A stretch of 64,000 nucleotides of DNA, taken from assembly GCA_021730905.1 (NCBI GenBank), contig JAKFYK010000036.1, positions 227,734 to 291,733 of the forward strand. The letters run 5' to 3'. Source of the stretch: Betaproteobacteria bacterium. GTDB taxonomy: Bacteria > Pseudomonadota > Gammaproteobacteria > Burkholderiales > SG8-41. The notes beneath the pieces were generated by a model. The model did no database searches. It had not been told where the DNA came from and worked only from the letters and a program-made list of their open reading frames with translations. Both the position numbers and the translations under genes were made by a program. Position 1 is the stretch's first letter, and every line of letters starts with the position of its first letter. This document shows positions 63,170 through 64,000 of this stretch, piece after piece.

Positions 63170-64000
63170 TCACTGCGCCTGCGCGCCGGTTGAACGGATG
63201 AGTTTTTCGTATTTGCCGTAGTCCGATTTCAGGCGTGCGGCGAACTCATCCGCTGTCATGTGCATCGGGTCAAGCGCCTGCACGCCGAGGATTTTTGTCG
63301 ACTCGGGATGATCCAGCGCCTTCCTGAACTCGGTGTTGAGGCGCTCCACGATCGCACGCGGTGTCGCCGATGGCACGAAAGAACCGATCCACGCGGTGAG
63401 CTCGTACCCGGGCACCGTTTCCGCGATCGTCGGAATATCGGGGAACTGCTTCAGCCGCTTGTCGGACGCGACACCCAGCGGGCGCACGCGCTTCGCCGGG
63501 AGGGCTGAGGTCAGTGAACCGATGCCCACGAAAAACACCTGTGTTTCTCCGGCCATGAGCGCAATCACAGCGGGGCCACCACCCTTGTAAGGGATCTCCA
63601 GCATCTTCGTCCCGGTCATCTGGAGTAGCTGCGCCATGGTGAGCCAGGTGTAGCTGCCGGTGCCGGTGGAAGCCCAGGCGATCTGGTCCGGTTTCGATTT
63701 TGCGAGCGCTATCAGTTCCTTCACCGAATTCGCTGGCAGTGCCGGATGCACGACGAGCATGCCGACCTGCACCGCGAGCGGCATGACTCCGGTCAGGTCC
63801 CTCATCGTGTCATACGGCAGATTCTTGTAGGTATGCGCGTTCGCGACGTGGGTAGCGGAGGTGACCAGGATGGTGTAGCCGTCAGGCGGGCTCTTCGCAA
63901 CGATGTCGGTTCCGATGACGCCTGTCGCACCGCCCCGGTTGTCAATCACGAAGGCCTGCCCCAGCGCTTCCGTAAGCTGCTGGGCCATCACGCGCGCAAC
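63170..64000 (-). CDS. Bug/TctC-family substrate-binding protein (partial, N-terminus beyond window end)
   Basis: ORF 63170..63991. The frame stays open to the window edge. ...FVIDNRGGATGVIGTD...PPDGYT...IPYKGGGPA. Confidence 0.85.
   Translation of the reverse strand, partial: VARVMAQQLTEALGQAFVIDNRGGATGVIGTDIVAKSPPDGYTILVTSATHVANAHTYKNLPYDTMRDLTGVMPLAVQVGMLVVHPALPANSVKELIALAKSKPDQIAWASTGTGSYTWLTMAQLLQMTGTKMLEIPYKGGGPAVIALMAGETQVFFVGIGSLTSALPAKRVRPLGVASDKRLKQFPDIPTIAETVPGYELTAWIGSFVPSATPRAIVERLNTEFRKALDHPESTKILGVQALDPMHMTADEFAARLKSDYGKYEKLIRSTGAQAQ

Noticed and set aside
1-64000. Search for rRNA, tRNA (including tRNA-Sec), CRISPR arrays, intact IS elements or transposases, integrases and prophage genes.
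   Set aside because: By eye I saw no cloverleaf-like or repeat-spacer structure and no transposase or integrase ORF. The intergenic regions are short. A tRNAscan/Infernal run would be needed to exclude small RNAs formally.

Overview
High-GC proteobacterial chromosome segment. The density of Bug/TctC solute-binding-protein genes suggests a Burkholderiales-type betaproteobacterium, but that is inference only. I count about 65 real protein-coding genes. Most long ORFs on the opposite strand are antisense shadows typical of GC-rich DNA. Content: 13 intact Bug/TctC genes plus one internally deleted remnant, with no TctA/TctB in the window. These are interleaved with small catabolic gene sets: ICL/PEP-mutase-family enzyme, LigI-like amidohydrolase, LeuCD-type dehydratase, an acyl-CoA dehydrogenase pair, D-aminoacylase, TauD, SDRs, Gfo/Idh/MocA, enolase-superfamily enzyme, GST, GFA, crotonase and a class III CoA-transferase. 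dapE is also present. I saw no rRNA, tRNA or CRISPR. Main observations: (1) Two selenoprotein candidates are hidden by in-frame TGA. One is a UGSC-type module fused to a roughly 440-aa unassigned domain (33426..35132, minus). The other is a 76-aa SelW/Rdx-like CxxU protein with a strong SECIS-like hairpin (58116..58346). (2) A sigma-54 circuit: a four-GAF histidine kinase, a REC protein and an NtrC-type activator (47298..51983). It is followed by two duplicated promoter cassettes (dyad UAS, AT-rich IHF-like box, -24/-12 element) that drive uncharacterised enzymes: SAM methyltransferase plus PAP2/vanadium-haloperoxidase-like protein, and DUF3455 plus a small ORF plus an AurF-like di-iron oxygenase. 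Between the cassettes lies a decayed activator paralog interrupted by a 273-bp MITE-like element. (3) An AT-rich box (core WTAAAAACAAATACTTA) recurs about 10 times in intergenic or start-codon positions. (4) Other items: three paralogous alpha/beta-hydrolases with Cys in the nucleophile elbow (one Tat-exported), a polytopic-membrane/type IV pilin-like fusion, an HtrA-like protein lacking all three catalytic residues by eye, several gene fragments, and a low-GC islet with an orphan antitoxin. All family calls come from motifs I recognised by eye. No searches were run.
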